This document shows positions 24,299 through 37,100 of a DNA stretch of 64,000 nucleotides, piece after piece. The notes beneath the pieces are model-generated. The model was not told the origin of the DNA. It saw only the letters and a list, made by a program, of their open reading frames with translations, and did not search any database. Position 1 is the stretch's first letter. Each line of letters opens with the position of its first letter. Origin of the DNA: Mobula hypostoma (Eukaryota); contig NC_086107.1 of assembly GCF_963921235.1 (NCBI RefSeq), positions 102,736,001-102,800,000 of the forward strand. The letters are read 5' to 3'. A program made the translations under genes and the position numbers.

Positions 24299-24427
24299 AA
24301 CAACAGGAATTCTGCAGATGCTGGAAACTCAAGCAACACACACCAAAGTTGCTGGTGAACGCAGCAGGCCAAGCAGCATCCACAGGAAGAGGCGCAGTCG
24401 ACGCCCCAGGCCGAGACCCCTCGTCAG
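24299..24427 (-). mobile_element. Short Penelope tail insertion carrying 9 A-to-G changes
   Basis: Aligns without gaps to 6523-6651; TSD agtaactgta (24289-24298, 24426-24435). Confidence 0.9.
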
Positions 24428-24589
24428 TAACTGTAAACAGGATCAATGAAAGATCAAGTAGAGCACAGAAGACAACAAGCTGTACAGATGAGGAAATAAT
24501 GGCTGGAAAAGACGTTAGAGCAGTTGGTTTGTTACGTTTGTTGAAGGTTGTATAACCAAGCCACGGTCTAAAATGTTGGTTGCACTTAC

Positions 24590-24694
24590 AGTTAAACATG
24601 GCATCATGATTTCTTGCTCATTGATTAAATCATAATCGCCACGGCTGTACTTCAGTAGTAATCTGTTTCTAGAATTTTCAGTTGATTGAACTTT
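24590..24694 (-). other. Candidate 105-bp exon, phase 0-0
   Basis: ttgcag acceptor after a pyrimidine-rich tract; gtaagt donor; open frame KVQSTENSRNRLLLKYSRGDYDLINEQEIMMPCLT. Confidence 0.35.
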
Positions 24695-25591
24695 CTGCAA
24701 ATTCTTAAAGAACAAAGTTCAAGTAAAAAGACTACAGCAACATCAGGATTTCAAAATGGCTTATGGCTAATGCAGTCATTTAAAAATGCTGTTACTGAGA
24801 GAAATATGGAAGCCAGGAGCAGAACAAATTTCCATAATATCAAAAAGAACTAAGTCTTAGTAATGCTGACTGGGATACAACCACTAACCTTGAGCTGTAC
24901 TACCAGTAATTCATGAAATCTAGAACATGGAACATAGAAGAGTATAGCACAGTACAGGCATTTTGTCCCACAAACATATCTTTGCAGAACTCCATGAGTC
25001 ACAGACCTCCAATCAGAATATGATCCATCTACTATCACCCTCTGCCTTGTGTGGGCAAGCCAGTTCCAAATCCACACAGTTTTCCCTGGATCTCATGCCT
25101 TCTGACTTTCAGATGAACTTACACCTTACTATCCACTGCTCTACCTTCATCAATTTGTTTTGTTACTTCCTCGAAAACATCAATCAGGCTCGTGAGCAAA
25201 GCCATGCTGACTATTCCTAATCAGACTCTGCTTCCCCAAATGCTCATAAATCCTGTCTCTAAGAATTCTCTCCAATAGTTTGCCTACCAGTAAAGTTTGC
25301 TGAACATGTACCAACTTGGCTTAAGTCAAATACAAAAGTATTCAGTCTATTATTAGCGGTGCTCTCAACTTCCTAAGCCCTAAACTCTACAAACCTTTCC
25401 AGCTCTCTGCTCTAAAATGATCATTGAAACCTCTGACCAAGCTTTCACTCATATTTCCTAGTGCAGTTCTGAATTGAACTCCACCTGCCATTTCTCAGCA
25501 CAGTTGTTCCCAACATGGTTCAGTACCAAATTTTGTTTGATACTGTTCACATGAAGCACCTGGGCCTTTATGTCAACCCTTTATCAACACA

Positions 25592-26073
25592 CCCTGGCCT
25601 TTATGTGTGGCTTAGCTGCTACGCCCGGCGGAACCATTTCTACTGACAGGAGAAGAGGCAAAGGTAGGGTGCCTTAAAACTCGTCACTTCGGGCAGATGG
25701 GGCTTGTCAGTCATAGTTGGCAGCTTGTCTAGCAGAAGGAAAACTCTGATCTCAAACCTCTGCTGCCTTGTGGCTATACCCACTCATCGGGAAAGTTTTG
25801 GGAGTAAACCCCGAGGGAAAATTCTGGAGCTGGAGTCCCTAAGGCAGTCCTACGTTGAGTTCAACGCTGACTGGCAACTCCTGCGACGCTGCTGGTACCA
25901 AACTGTATCGGTCTCTGCCGTTCCTTTGGGTTCGTCAGATGCATGGAGAGGAAGAGCTTGCTACTTGGGCAACAGCTTGCTCTCCATATCGTACTGCCCT
26001 GGCTTGCGTATCTAGACAGCTAGGACACAACATCTACGGTCCACTCTGACCGACGGAGGCCAGCACCAGTACA
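25592..26073 (+). mobile_element. Non-coding retroposed element, family uncertain
   Basis: 11-bp TSD ttatcaacaca (25581-25591, 26074-26084); CpG-rich compared with its flanks. Confidence 0.6.
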
Positions 26074-26779
26074 TTATCAACACAATGACTGTTTAGGTCA
26101 ACCTGAAAAGACCAAGAAGATTAATTATATAATTAGGTTCCTTCAGTTTGAGATGGTGAAGTTTAAAGAGTGCTGGAAATAAAGCAAGGTCAGTTAAATA
26201 ACAGTATGGAGTGCACAGGAGATATGTGTGGACTGATTGAATGACGTAGGAGTGAATCAAATCTGTAAAAGGTTGTACAGATTCTGAGAGGGGATTTGAC
26301 AATTTTAAATACAAGACATTAAGGAAAGCAGGTTTGCTAGTATAACTAGCAAGAAATATACTGATGGGCAAATAATGGATCGAATTTGAACTAATTGATG
26401 TTTATAGAGATGGAAGTGAAGATTAAGGGAGCCATTAGTCAAGGTGGCAAAGGTTCTCTTTCTGATTGGTACAGTTTAGATGTTGAAATTTTAGTTCACT
26501 CTGGAAAACAATCCCAAGAATTTAAGTAGTCTACCTCAACCTGAAGAATATAATAGCTATAGACTTTCCAACATTATAGGTTCATGGAACAGTTATCTGA
26601 AAAAGATAAACATTAATCTGACTTCAACTCTTTTAACCCAGAGTCCCTGTAAATATTTTCTTTTCATTTCCTGTTGAAAGTTACCATGAATCTGTTTCTT
26701 ATTACATTTCAAACTAGATCAAAGCAACTTGCTGAGGTTTTGTTTAAAAATCTGCTTCCCTTTGGCTTTTTTTCACAAT

Positions 26780-27500
26780 GTTGGGTTTAATATCACTGGC
26801 ATATGTTGTGAAATTTGTTGTTATGTGGCAGCAGTACATTCAATACGTAATCATATTAGAGTAATAGGTGTGTACGTATACTGTATATACACATATATAT
26901 AATGTTAAATTAGATAAGTAGTGCAAAAAGAGAAAAAAAAGTAGTGAGGTAGTGTTCATGGGTTCAATGTCCATTCAGAAATCTGGTGGGAGATGGGAAG
27001 AAGTTATTCCCAACTTGCTGAGTGTGTGCCTTCAGGCTTCTGCACCTCCTTCCTGATGGCAGTAATGAGAACAGGACATGGGCATCCTTAATGATGGATG
27101 ACTTTTTTTTGAGGCATTGTTCCTCGAAGATATTCTAAATGCTCCGGAGGCCCATGATGGAGCTGACTGAGTTTACAACTTTCTGCAGCTTATTTCGATC
27201 CTGTGCAGTGCCCAACAACCACCATCCCACCCCCAACACCAGATGATGCAGCCAGTTAGAATTCTGCATCTGTAGAGATCTGTGAGGGTCTCTGGTAACA
27301 TACCAATTCTCCTCAAACTCCTAATGAAATATAGCCACTGTCGTGCCTTCTTTGTAATCGTATTGATATGCCGGGCCCAGGGTAGATCCTCGGAGATCTT
27401 GACACCCAGGAACTAGAACTAGAAGTTTCCACTTCTGATCCCTCGATGAGGACTGGTTTGTGTTCCCTTGTCTTGCCCTTTCTGAAGTCCACAGTCAACT
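26780..27500 (-). mobile_element. Decayed Rex1/Babar 3' fragment (similar at 39815-40680 -, 41010-41690 +, 43810-45110 -)
   Basis: TVDFRKGK...EGSEVE remnants; shared tail aaatttcacaacatatgccagtgat. Confidence 0.75.
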
Positions 27501-30166
27501 GTAATAGCAGGGAGGAGCTCTGGATGTGAGATTCTGGATCTTCTTATGTTTGACATCTTTTAACATCTGAACTTCCATTGCACGTGGAAGCCACTGGCAA
27601 CACTGGGATGTACTATTGCTGATTGCATTTAAACAGGAGAGCCAATTAAAAGTAAGTCACATATTTGTTGTTTAATTATTATTAATTCATTTTCTCAGGA
27701 TGTGGGAGTTACCAACAAGATTAGCACTTATCACACGTTCTTAATTCTGCTGACTGGTGACTCACTCGGCTATTTCAGAGGATATTTAAGAAGTCAATTT
27801 CATATTGCAGTGAGTTAGAAGTCACACCCAGTAAGGTAAAGTGGAGGATTTAAGAACAGTGATTGAAAATCACAGTTCCTATTTCTGATGACCAAAGTTT
27901 ATTGTTATAAGCACAAGTACATCTATGCATAGGTGCAAAGAAAAAACATACTTGCAGGAGCATCACAGGCATATAGATTCAGACACACAAGAAAAACATG
28001 AATTAAGCATAAATTGTACACAATTTTTTACAAATATAATTAGAAGACAAGGAAGTCCTTTCAACACACACACACACACAAAATGCTGGTGGAACTCAGC
28101 AGGCCAGGCAGCATCTATGGAAAAAAGTACAGTCGACGTTTCAGGCTGAGACCCTTCAGCAGGACCGTTGTCGTGCAAGGTGGTCATGGTGTTGCCGAAC
28201 AGAAGTAATAATTAAGGTTGTGCAGGTTGGTTCAAGAGCTGAATGGTTGATGGGACTTGAACTGGAGTTGTGGGACTTCAGGCTTCTGTACTTCACGCCT
28301 GATGAATTTGGTATGGCCCGGACGTTGGGGGTCTCGATGATAGATGCTTCCTTCACGTAGTTATCGCCAGTGGCAGGGAAAGATGTGTCCGTGAGGTATT
28401 GGCTGAGTCCACAACTCTCTGCGGGCTTCATCATGTGTACCAAGATACAGGGAAAAAACTTTTGTTTTTGTGTACCATACCGATAGATCGTTCCATTAAC
28501 ACATCAGGGTAGAAAAGAAAACCGTTTCCCTTTCCCACAGATTTTGCCTGAGCTCCTGAGAGTTTACAGCATTCTCTGTTTCTGCCTCTGTTAAAAGGAG
28601 CACTTTTAGTAATAGACTAAGACGACTGCACTGCTCCAAAGAGCGCTATATGAGGCCATTCGTACCCTCGGCCATTAGGCTCTGTAATGAGTCAATCTAT
28701 AGCCAGGGAAGTGATGACTCCTCCCCCTCCTGTTAGACTGTTTGTGGTAACTTATTTTTTATTCTTTCTTATTTCTCTTGTAATATTCATATCTGTGCAC
28801 TTGTAATGCTACTGTGACACTGTAATTTGCTTTGGGATCGATAAAGTATCTATCTATCTTTTTATTCCTTGCCGGTGTCACCAACTGAAGCGTTGCAGGA
28901 CATCAGAAATTGAGACAGCGGTGTATGTTGCTGTCAAAATAAATGACGCCGCAGATTGTAACGTCGAAACAGCAAGCTGTTGGTCTCCCTCTGGCTGTGG
29001 CAGGAGCGATACCTCTCTCTCCCTCATTAGTGAGAGACAGAGCCTGTGAGATGTCCACGTGTTGAGATGGACAGTAGCTTTTTTTTTGATGGAATCATGG
29101 TCTCTGGGAGCTTTGCTATTGTGAATGGTGGGTGGTGGTGGGGGGGTCTGATGATTTTGCTGGAGAAAGTAGTGGAGGGGGAGAGGGTAGTGTTTATGAT
29201 TTTTCTGCTGCTTGGGCGTGGGAGGAGGGGTGACTTTGGGGTTCTAATGTTTTTTTCTGTCATTCATTCTTTGGGGTTTTCTTCTGTTTCAGGGATGTCT
29301 GTGAAAAGAAAGAATTTCAGGTACACCGTGAACATTCTCAGATATTAAATTGAACCACTGAAAAACTCTGCATTCACTAAAAAACAGTCCAGTAGCTCCA
29401 GGAATACTCTTACTCGGGCAAGCTTATTTTTTAAATTCCATTTTATATAACGAATGATGATAGGGACATTTAAGAGGCCTTTTGACAGGCTGGGGATGGA
29501 GAGATTTAGACTATATACAGGCAGCTGGGATTATTTATATTTAAATTAACACCGTGCTTGGCACAGATATTGTGGGCTAGAGGGCCTGATCTGTGTTGTA
29601 CTGTTTAATATTCTAATTTCCACGGTTTACAGCTTCTCCAGAGGGACTTGAACTCTGGACCAATAATCCAGCATCAGGCTGCTTTTCCAAGAATTTTTAT
29701 TGCCTCAAGCAATGTGAAAGTGTTTGTAAGAATACTAGAAATAGAAGCGGCGGGTTGGTCTAATAGCCAAGGAAAATGTTCCATTATTCAATAAGATCAT
29801 GGTTGGGCCTTACTTCTACTTTCCTGACTGAAGATGAAGGTGAGATAATATTAGGTATGTCACCGTCCAGGGAAGGCAAGCTGTATTTGGATTGGTTGGA
29901 GATGAACCAAGTGATTGACTGAAAGATCCAGACAGGGTAGATGTAAAGAGGTGTCTCCTCTTGAGGAGAATCTAGAAGGGGGATGGTGTTGTCACTATTT
30001 AAAGTAAGTGGTTGCCTACTTAAGGCAAAGATGATGCTCTTCCATTGTTATTAAAATATTCAAAGTTCAAAGTAAATTTATCAGAGTACATATATGACCC
30101 CATATACAACCCTGAGATTCATTTTCCTGTGGGCATACTCAGCAAAACTACAGAATAGTAACTATA

Positions 30167-32130
30167 AACAACAGGAATTCTGCAGATGCTGGAAATTCAA
30201 GCAACATACATCAAAGTTGCTGGTGAACGCAGCAGGCCAAGCAGCATCTATAGGAAGAGGCGCAGTCGACGTTTCAGGCCGAGACCCTTCGTCAGGACTA
30301 ACTGAAGGAAGAGTGAGTAAGGGATTTGAAAGCTGGAGGGGGAGGGGGAGATGCAAAATGATAGGAGAAGACAGGAGGGGGAGAGATGGAGCCGAGAGCT
30401 GGACAGGTGATAGGCAAAAGGGGATACGAGAGGATCATGGGACAGGAGGTCCGGGAAGAAAGACGGGGGGGGGGTGACCCAGAGGATGGGCAAGAGGTAT
30501 ATTCAGAGGGACAGAGGGAGAAAAAGGAGAGTGAGAGAAAGAATGTGTGCATAAAAATGAGTAACAGATGGGGTACGAGGGGGAGGCGGGGCCTTAGCGG
30601 AAGCTAGAGAAGTCAATGTTCATGCCATCAGGTTGGAGGCTACCCAGACGGAATATAAGGTGTTGTTCCTCCAACCTGAGTGTGGCTTCATCTTTACAGT
30701 AGAGGAGGCCGTGGATAGACATGTCAGAATGGGAATGGGATGTGGAATTAAAATGTGTGGCCACTGGGAGATCCTGCTTTCTCTGGCGGACAGAGCGTAG
30801 ATGTTCAGCAAAGCGGTCTCCCAGTCTGCGTCCGGTCTCACCAATATATAAAAGGCCACATCGGGAGCACCGGACGCAGTATATCACCCCAGTCGACTCA
30901 CAGGTGAAGTGATGCCTCACCTGGAAGGACTGTTTGGGGCCCTGAATGGTGGTAAGGGAGGAAGTGTAAGGGCATGTGTAGCACTTGTTCCGCTTACACG
31001 GATAAGTGCCAGGAGGGAGATCAGTGGGGAGGGATGGGGGGGACGAATGGACAAGGGAGTTGTGTAGGGAGCGATCCCTGCGGAATGCAGAGGGGGGGGG
31101 AGGGAAAGATGTGCTTAGTGGTGGGATCCCGTTGGAGGTGGCGGAAGTTACGGAGAATAATATGTTGGACCCGGAGGCTGGTGGGGTGGTAGGTGAGGAC
31201 CAGGGGAACCCTATTCCTAGTGGGGTGGTGGGAGGATGGAGTGAGAGCAGATGTATGTGAAATGGGGGAGATGCGTTTAAGAGCAGAGTTGATAGTGGAG
31301 GAAGGGAAGCCCCTTTCTTTAAAAAATGAAGACATCTCCCTCGTCCTAGAATGAAAAGCCTCATCCTGACAGCAGATGTGGCGGAGACGAAGGAATTGCG
31401 AGAAGGGAATGGCGTTTTTGCAAGAGACAGGGTGAGAAGAGGAATAGTCCAGATAGCTGTGAGAGTCAGTAGGCTTATAGGAGACATCAGTGGATAAGCT
31501 GTCTCCAGAGACAGAGACAGAAAGATCTAGAAAGGGGAGGGAGGTGTCGGAAATGGACCAGGTAAACTTGAGGGCAGGGTGAAAGTTGGAGGCAAAGTTA
31601 ATAAAGTCAACTAGTTCTGCATGCGTGCAGGAAGCAGCGCCAATGCAGTCGTCGATGTAGCGAAGGAAAAGTGGGGGACAGATACCAGAATAGGCACGGA
31701 ACATAGATTGTTCCACAAACCCAACAAAAAGGCAGGCATAGCTAGGACCTATACGGGTGCCCATAGCTACACCTTTAGTTTGGAGGAAATGGGAGGAGCA
31801 AAAGGAGAAATTATTAAGAGTAAGGACTAATTCCGCTAGACGGAGCAGAGTGGTGGTAGAGGGGAACTGATTAGGTCTGGAATCCAAAAAGAAGCGTAGA
31901 GCTTTGAGACCTTCCTGATGGGGGATGGAAGTATATAAGGATTGGACATCCATGGTGAAAATAAAGCGGTGGGGGCCACGGAACTTAAAATCATCGAAAA
32001 GTTTAAGAGCGTGAGAAGTGTCACGAACATAGGTCGGAAGGGATTGAACAAGGGGTGATAAAACAGTGTCGAGGTATGCAGAAACGAGTTCGGTGGGGCA
32101 GGAGCAAGCTGAGACAATAGGTCGGCCAGG
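30167..32130 (-). mobile_element. Second Penelope-like element, 5'-truncated, near-identical to 6523-8490
   Basis: RT RYIDD and GIY-YIG; frameshift in the G-run at ~31095; 17-bp TSD acagaatagtaactata (30150-30166, 32131-32147). Confidence 0.95.
30264..30299 (-). ncRNA. Minimal hammerhead ribozyme motif
   Basis: Identical to 6620-6655. Confidence 0.85.
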
Positions 32131-34997
32131 ACAGAATAGTAACTATAACAGGATCAATGAAAGATCAACCAGAGTGCAGAAGACAACAAACTGCGCAAAC
32201 ACAAATATAAATAAATAGCAATAAATAACGAGAACATGAGATAATGAGAGAAAGAGTCCTTACAGTTAGATCACTGGTTGTGGAAACATCTCAATGGATG
32301 GGCAGGTTAGTTATCCCCCTTTGTTCAGGTGCCTGATGGTTGAGGGGTAGAAACTGTTCTTGAACCTGGTGGTGTGAGTCCTGAGGCTCTTGCACCTTCT
32401 ACCTGATGGCAGCAGCGAGAGAAGAGCACGGCCTGGGTGGTGGGGAGCTCTGATGAGGGATGCTGCTTTCCTACGACAGCGTTTCATGTAGATGCGCTCA
32501 ATGGTTGGGAGAGCTTTACCCGTGATGTACTGGGCCAAATCCACTACTTTCTGAAGGATTTTCCGTACAAAGGCATTGGTGTTTCCGTACCAGGCCGTAA
32601 CGCAGCCAGTCAATACACCCTTCGCTACACATCTATAGAAGTTTGCCAAGGTTTCTGATGTCATGCTGAATCTCCACAGACCCAAAAGGAAGTAGCGGTG
32701 CTGTCATGCCTTCTTTGTAATTGCATTTACACGCTGGGTCCAGGAGAGATCCTCTGAAATAGTAACAACCAGAAATTTAAAGTTGCTGACCCTCTCCACC
32801 TCTGATGAGTACTGGCTCATGGACCACTGGTTTCCCTCTCCTGAAGTCAACTATCAGTTCCCTGGTCTTGCTGACATTGAGTGAGAGGAATCTCCCTCCT
32901 GTATGCTGATTCGTCACCACCTTTGATACGGCCCACAACAGTAGCGTCATCAGCAAACTTGCATATGGTGTTGGAGCTGTACTTAGCCACACAGTCACGG
33001 GTGTAAAGCGAGTAGAGCAGGGGGCTAAGTACATACCTCTGTGGTGCTCCTGTGCTGATGGAGATCATGGAGGAGATAATTTTGCCAAGCTGAACTGACT
33101 GGGGTCTACAAGTGAAGATATCCAGGATCCAATTGCACAAGGAGGTATTGGGGCCAACGTCTTGGAGCTTATCGATAAGTTTTGAGGGGATGATTGTATT
33201 AAATGTTGAGCTGTAATCGATGATGTGCATCCTGATGCATGCACCTTTGATGTCCAGGTGTTCCAGGGTTGTGTGAAGAGCCATGAGATAGCATCTGCTG
33301 TAGACCAGTTGCTCCGGTGGGCAAATTGGAGCGGATCCAAGTCGACTCTCAGGCAGGAGCTGATATATTTCATCACCAACCTCTCAAAGACCTTCATCAC
33401 TGCGGATGTAAGTGCAACTGGGCAATGGTTATTGAGGCAGATCACCACTGTTTGCTTGGATACCGATATGACGGAAGCCTGCTCGAAGCAGGTGTGTACC
33501 TCACACTGCCGAAACGAGAGGTTAAAGATCTCACTGAACACACCAGCCAGTTGGTCAGCACAAGTCTTAGTACATGGCCAGGTACCCAATCTGACCCGAA
33601 TGCTTTTCTTTGATTCCTTGCAATATGTCAAAAGGGAAAAAAAGTTGTGAAAGAAAATACTGGAAAAACTTACAGTTTATAACTTATAATAAGCTTCAAC
33701 TCCCACAATCCGCTATTTTCTGTCCATATAATGCCTTGGCAACCCTATTAGTGTGATCATAAAAAATACAAGCAGAACTATGCTCCAGAAGCACGTACTA
33801 CCATTCAGTAAGATCACAGTCCTCCTGATTCTTGGCTTCAGGTCTACTTCCCTTCCTGCTGTCCATAACCTACAACTCCTCTGTAGACCAAACATGTGCC
33901 AATCTTGGCCTTAACTTAGGTCAGCTGTCTGACCTGACACCTCCCTCCCCCACCATAGAGTAGCTCCAGTCAATTGGGGTCTTTTTCCCACCCTAAATTC
34001 CAGCATCTGCGGTCTTGTTACTCCAGTTTAAAAATAAAAGTCAAAGTCGAGTTTGTCATATGAACAAGTACATACTGTATATCCACGGCTGCAATGAGAA
34101 CTTACTTGCAACAGAATCATATTATAATTGCATCAAATATGCAATATTCATAAGAAAGTCATAAATTATGCACAATTTTTACCAGAAAGAACAGAATTAC
34201 TGTGGGGTGGTAGGATACTGTAGTGGTTAGCGCAATGCTTTGTAGTACTAGCGAATTCCCGCCGCTGCCAGTAGGAACTTGAACGTTCTTCCTGCGACCG
34301 CAGGTTTCCTCCAGGTGCTCTGGTTTCCTCCCACAGTCCTACCGGTCGGTAGGTTAATTGGTCATTGTAAATTGTCCTGTGGTTTGGCTGGGATTAAATC
34401 AGGGTGTTTCTGGGTGGCGCAGAATGGCTCTTCAGTCCGTGCTCTATCTCAATAAATTTTTAAAAAACGAACAAAAAAATCTACTGTGGTGCAAGTGGCT
34501 GTAGTGTTGCTGTAATAGCTTTGCTGGTTTGTTCAAGAAAGGAAGTAGCTGGTTGTGCGGGAGACTTCAGGCCACTGCACTTCCTGCCCCAAGAGAGTTA
34601 CTACAAGATGGCAAGTCCCATAAGACAGAAATCTTCAAGTCAAGTCAAGTTACTTTTTATTGTCATTTTGACCATAACTGCTGGTACAGAACACAGTAAA
34701 AATGAGACAACGTTTTTCAGGACCATGGTGCTACATGAAACAATACAAAAACTACACTGAACTATGTAAAACAACACAAAAACTAGACCACAGACCTACC
34801 CAGGACTGCATAAAGTACACAGAACAGTGCAGGCATTACAATAAATAATAAACAAGACAATAGGCACAGCAGAGAGCAGTAGGTTGGTAGTCCCATGGCT
34901 TGGGGGAAAAACTGTTACATAAATAAACAGCCGAATGGCAGTGAACTGATGTCGCCTATCCTCATTGCAGCTACTGATACTGATTATATATATTTGT

Positions 34998-35125
34998 GTC
35001 CTGACGAAGGGTCTCGGCCTGAAATGTCGACTGTACCTCTTCCTAGAGATGCTGCCTGGCCTGCTGCATTCACCAGCAACTTTGATGTGTGTTGCTTGAA
35101 TTTCCAGCATCTGCAGAATTCCTTG
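34998..35125 (+). mobile_element. Short Penelope tail copy starting at the hammerhead
   Basis: gtcctgacgaagggtctcggcctgaaatgtcgac...ctgcagaattcct. Confidence 0.85.
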
Positions 35126-35669
35126 TATATGTATCTAGAGTCAGGAAGCGAGCAAGCAGCATCATTGTGGACCCATCACACCCTGGACATCACCTGTTCC
35201 AACTCCTTCCTTCTTTCTGGTAGGCGCTTTAGATCACTGTATGCCAGGACAAATAGGTACAAGAACAGTTTCTTTCCCTAGGCCATCAGTCTTATGAACA
35301 CTTGAATTTTAGTCTATTATAAACCAAGTCCACCTGTGCATACACAGGTACAGCTCATTGCATATAGTTCACGATTGTTTGCACTATTGTTTGCTTTTTG
35401 ATTCGGTACAGCGAGAGCTCAGGGAAACCGGCATCATATTCCCTGTATGTGTCCACATACTTGGCGATAACAAAGGATTCTGATCCTGATACTTTTAGTG
35501 GTGGGGAAGGGAATTGCCATGCCGTATAGAGCTGCTCTAGCTGCAAATGGCGCAGTTTTGGTTTTATATAACAACCAGGACTTCTCCCTGCACAACTCCT
35601 GCACTGTCCCCTGGTTTTGCACACGCCGCTGTCAATCACCCAATCTGGGTTAAGTTACAACAGGCACAT

Positions 35670-37100
35670 GCTGTGCGAACACGTGCACTGGCGCCTGACC
35701 CAGAACCCCGGCGCGGCTCGCCATTGGTCCGCCTCCCCCCACGTGACCTCCGCCCCGCCCACGGCTGTCAGTTGAATGGCCTATGCAAATTAAGTGTTAT
35801 ATAACGCTTGTGAGAGAACCGCTCTATCAATCGCCGACCACTGAGAAGAAAATACCTCAGAAATAAAAGTATACTCAAACCGACCGGCCAGAATAAAATA
35901 AAGCCACCTGAACGCGCTCGCCTTTCACTTCAATCAACACCGACACCCGGTGTTAAGGAAATGCACGTCAGACGCTCACTCACCGTGTCCGACGTCGGAA
36001 TATATTATGATAATCTATACTAATAACGGAGAACGCGACCACGTTGACGTAATGAATTATGTTAATATATCCCAAAGGACCAATGACATTCAGTGTTTTG
36101 CTGCGTTCTGATGAATATGAAGAGTCGTGCCTTGACACTGATGCGAAATATTGGCGATCTGTGGTGACAGTTTCCAATCCCCCACAGAGATAATTAAATT
36201 TTAATTTTAAAACAAAATGCACCGAAAGTGTCCACAGGTCACGGAACCGCGTTGTGACTCGGCAGTTTTATCCTCGTGGCCGGTGGTTTTAAAGACTCTG
36301 ATCGCCAACCCGCCACAGCAACTGCTGGATAATGAGGGTAAGGAGCACGCTTCAAAACAAGGCCCGATGTGCCGACCTCCGCCGGGTCCTCCTCTCTTGT
36401 TTCGTACCTTTGCCCCTCTGGAACACCCGAAACCCCGCCGGGTGCTGGCGCCGCCCGCGTCCCACTGTCACCCTTCCCTGGAGAGGGATAAACAGCCGAC
36501 GTTTCGTGGCGAGAACCTTCTCTGGGCCCGAATCGTCGACTGTTTGTTTTTCTCCATAGATGCTGCCTGACTTGCTGAGGTCCTCCAGCACTGTATGTGT
36601 GTGTGTTACTCTGGATCCCCGGAATCTGCAGAATCTCTTGGTTTTTAAAAAAAATATAATCATCATGCCTTCACCCGGTCCTAGTGCCGCCCGCAGGCGC
36701 CCGCACCACCCATTCCGGCGGGTCCTAGCGCCGCCCGCACCCCACGCTCAGCCACCCTCCCACCCTCCCCTGCCGCCTGGTCCTAGTGCCTCCGGCACCC
36801 ACGATCCTAGTTGCATCTGCACCAACCCCCCCCCCACCGGGTTCTCTTGCCACATGCAACCCAAGATCATCCATTCCTCACTGGGTTCTCTTGCCACTCG
36901 CACCCCAGTTCACCCGCCCCCGGGTTCTGTTGCCACTCGTACCCCAAGATCAGCCGCACTCCTCCCCCCCCCCACCACTACTGTGTCCTAGTACCACCCG
37001 CAACCCAAGAACAATCGTTGTCCGTCCGGTCTTAGCGCTACTGGCATATTCCACCCACACCCCCACACCTCCCTTTCCGGGTCTTAGCCCTGCCATGTAT
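35670..37100. promoter_or_regulatory. CpG-island-like promoter region
   Basis: Largely non-TE sequence rich in CpG. Reverse CCAAT 35723, E-box CACGTGAC 35740, GC boxes 35748-35760, octamer ATGCAAAT 35783, TATATAA 35798, CRE-like sites ~35963 and ~36045. Confidence 0.7.

Larger units (their letters stand above)
30060..33560 (-). mobile_element. Rex1/Babar LINE (RT, frameshifted) hosting a Penelope insertion in its 3' UTR
   Basis: CADQLAGVF...PVALTS...LDPLQFA; DYSSTFNTI; KFADD; FYRC...LLPSGRR (ORFs 32311-33631); tail at 30060-30166. Confidence 0.9.

Noticed and set aside
36080..36145. Box C/D snoRNA (two CTGA motifs)
   Set aside because: No good box C, terminal stem or recognisable guide.
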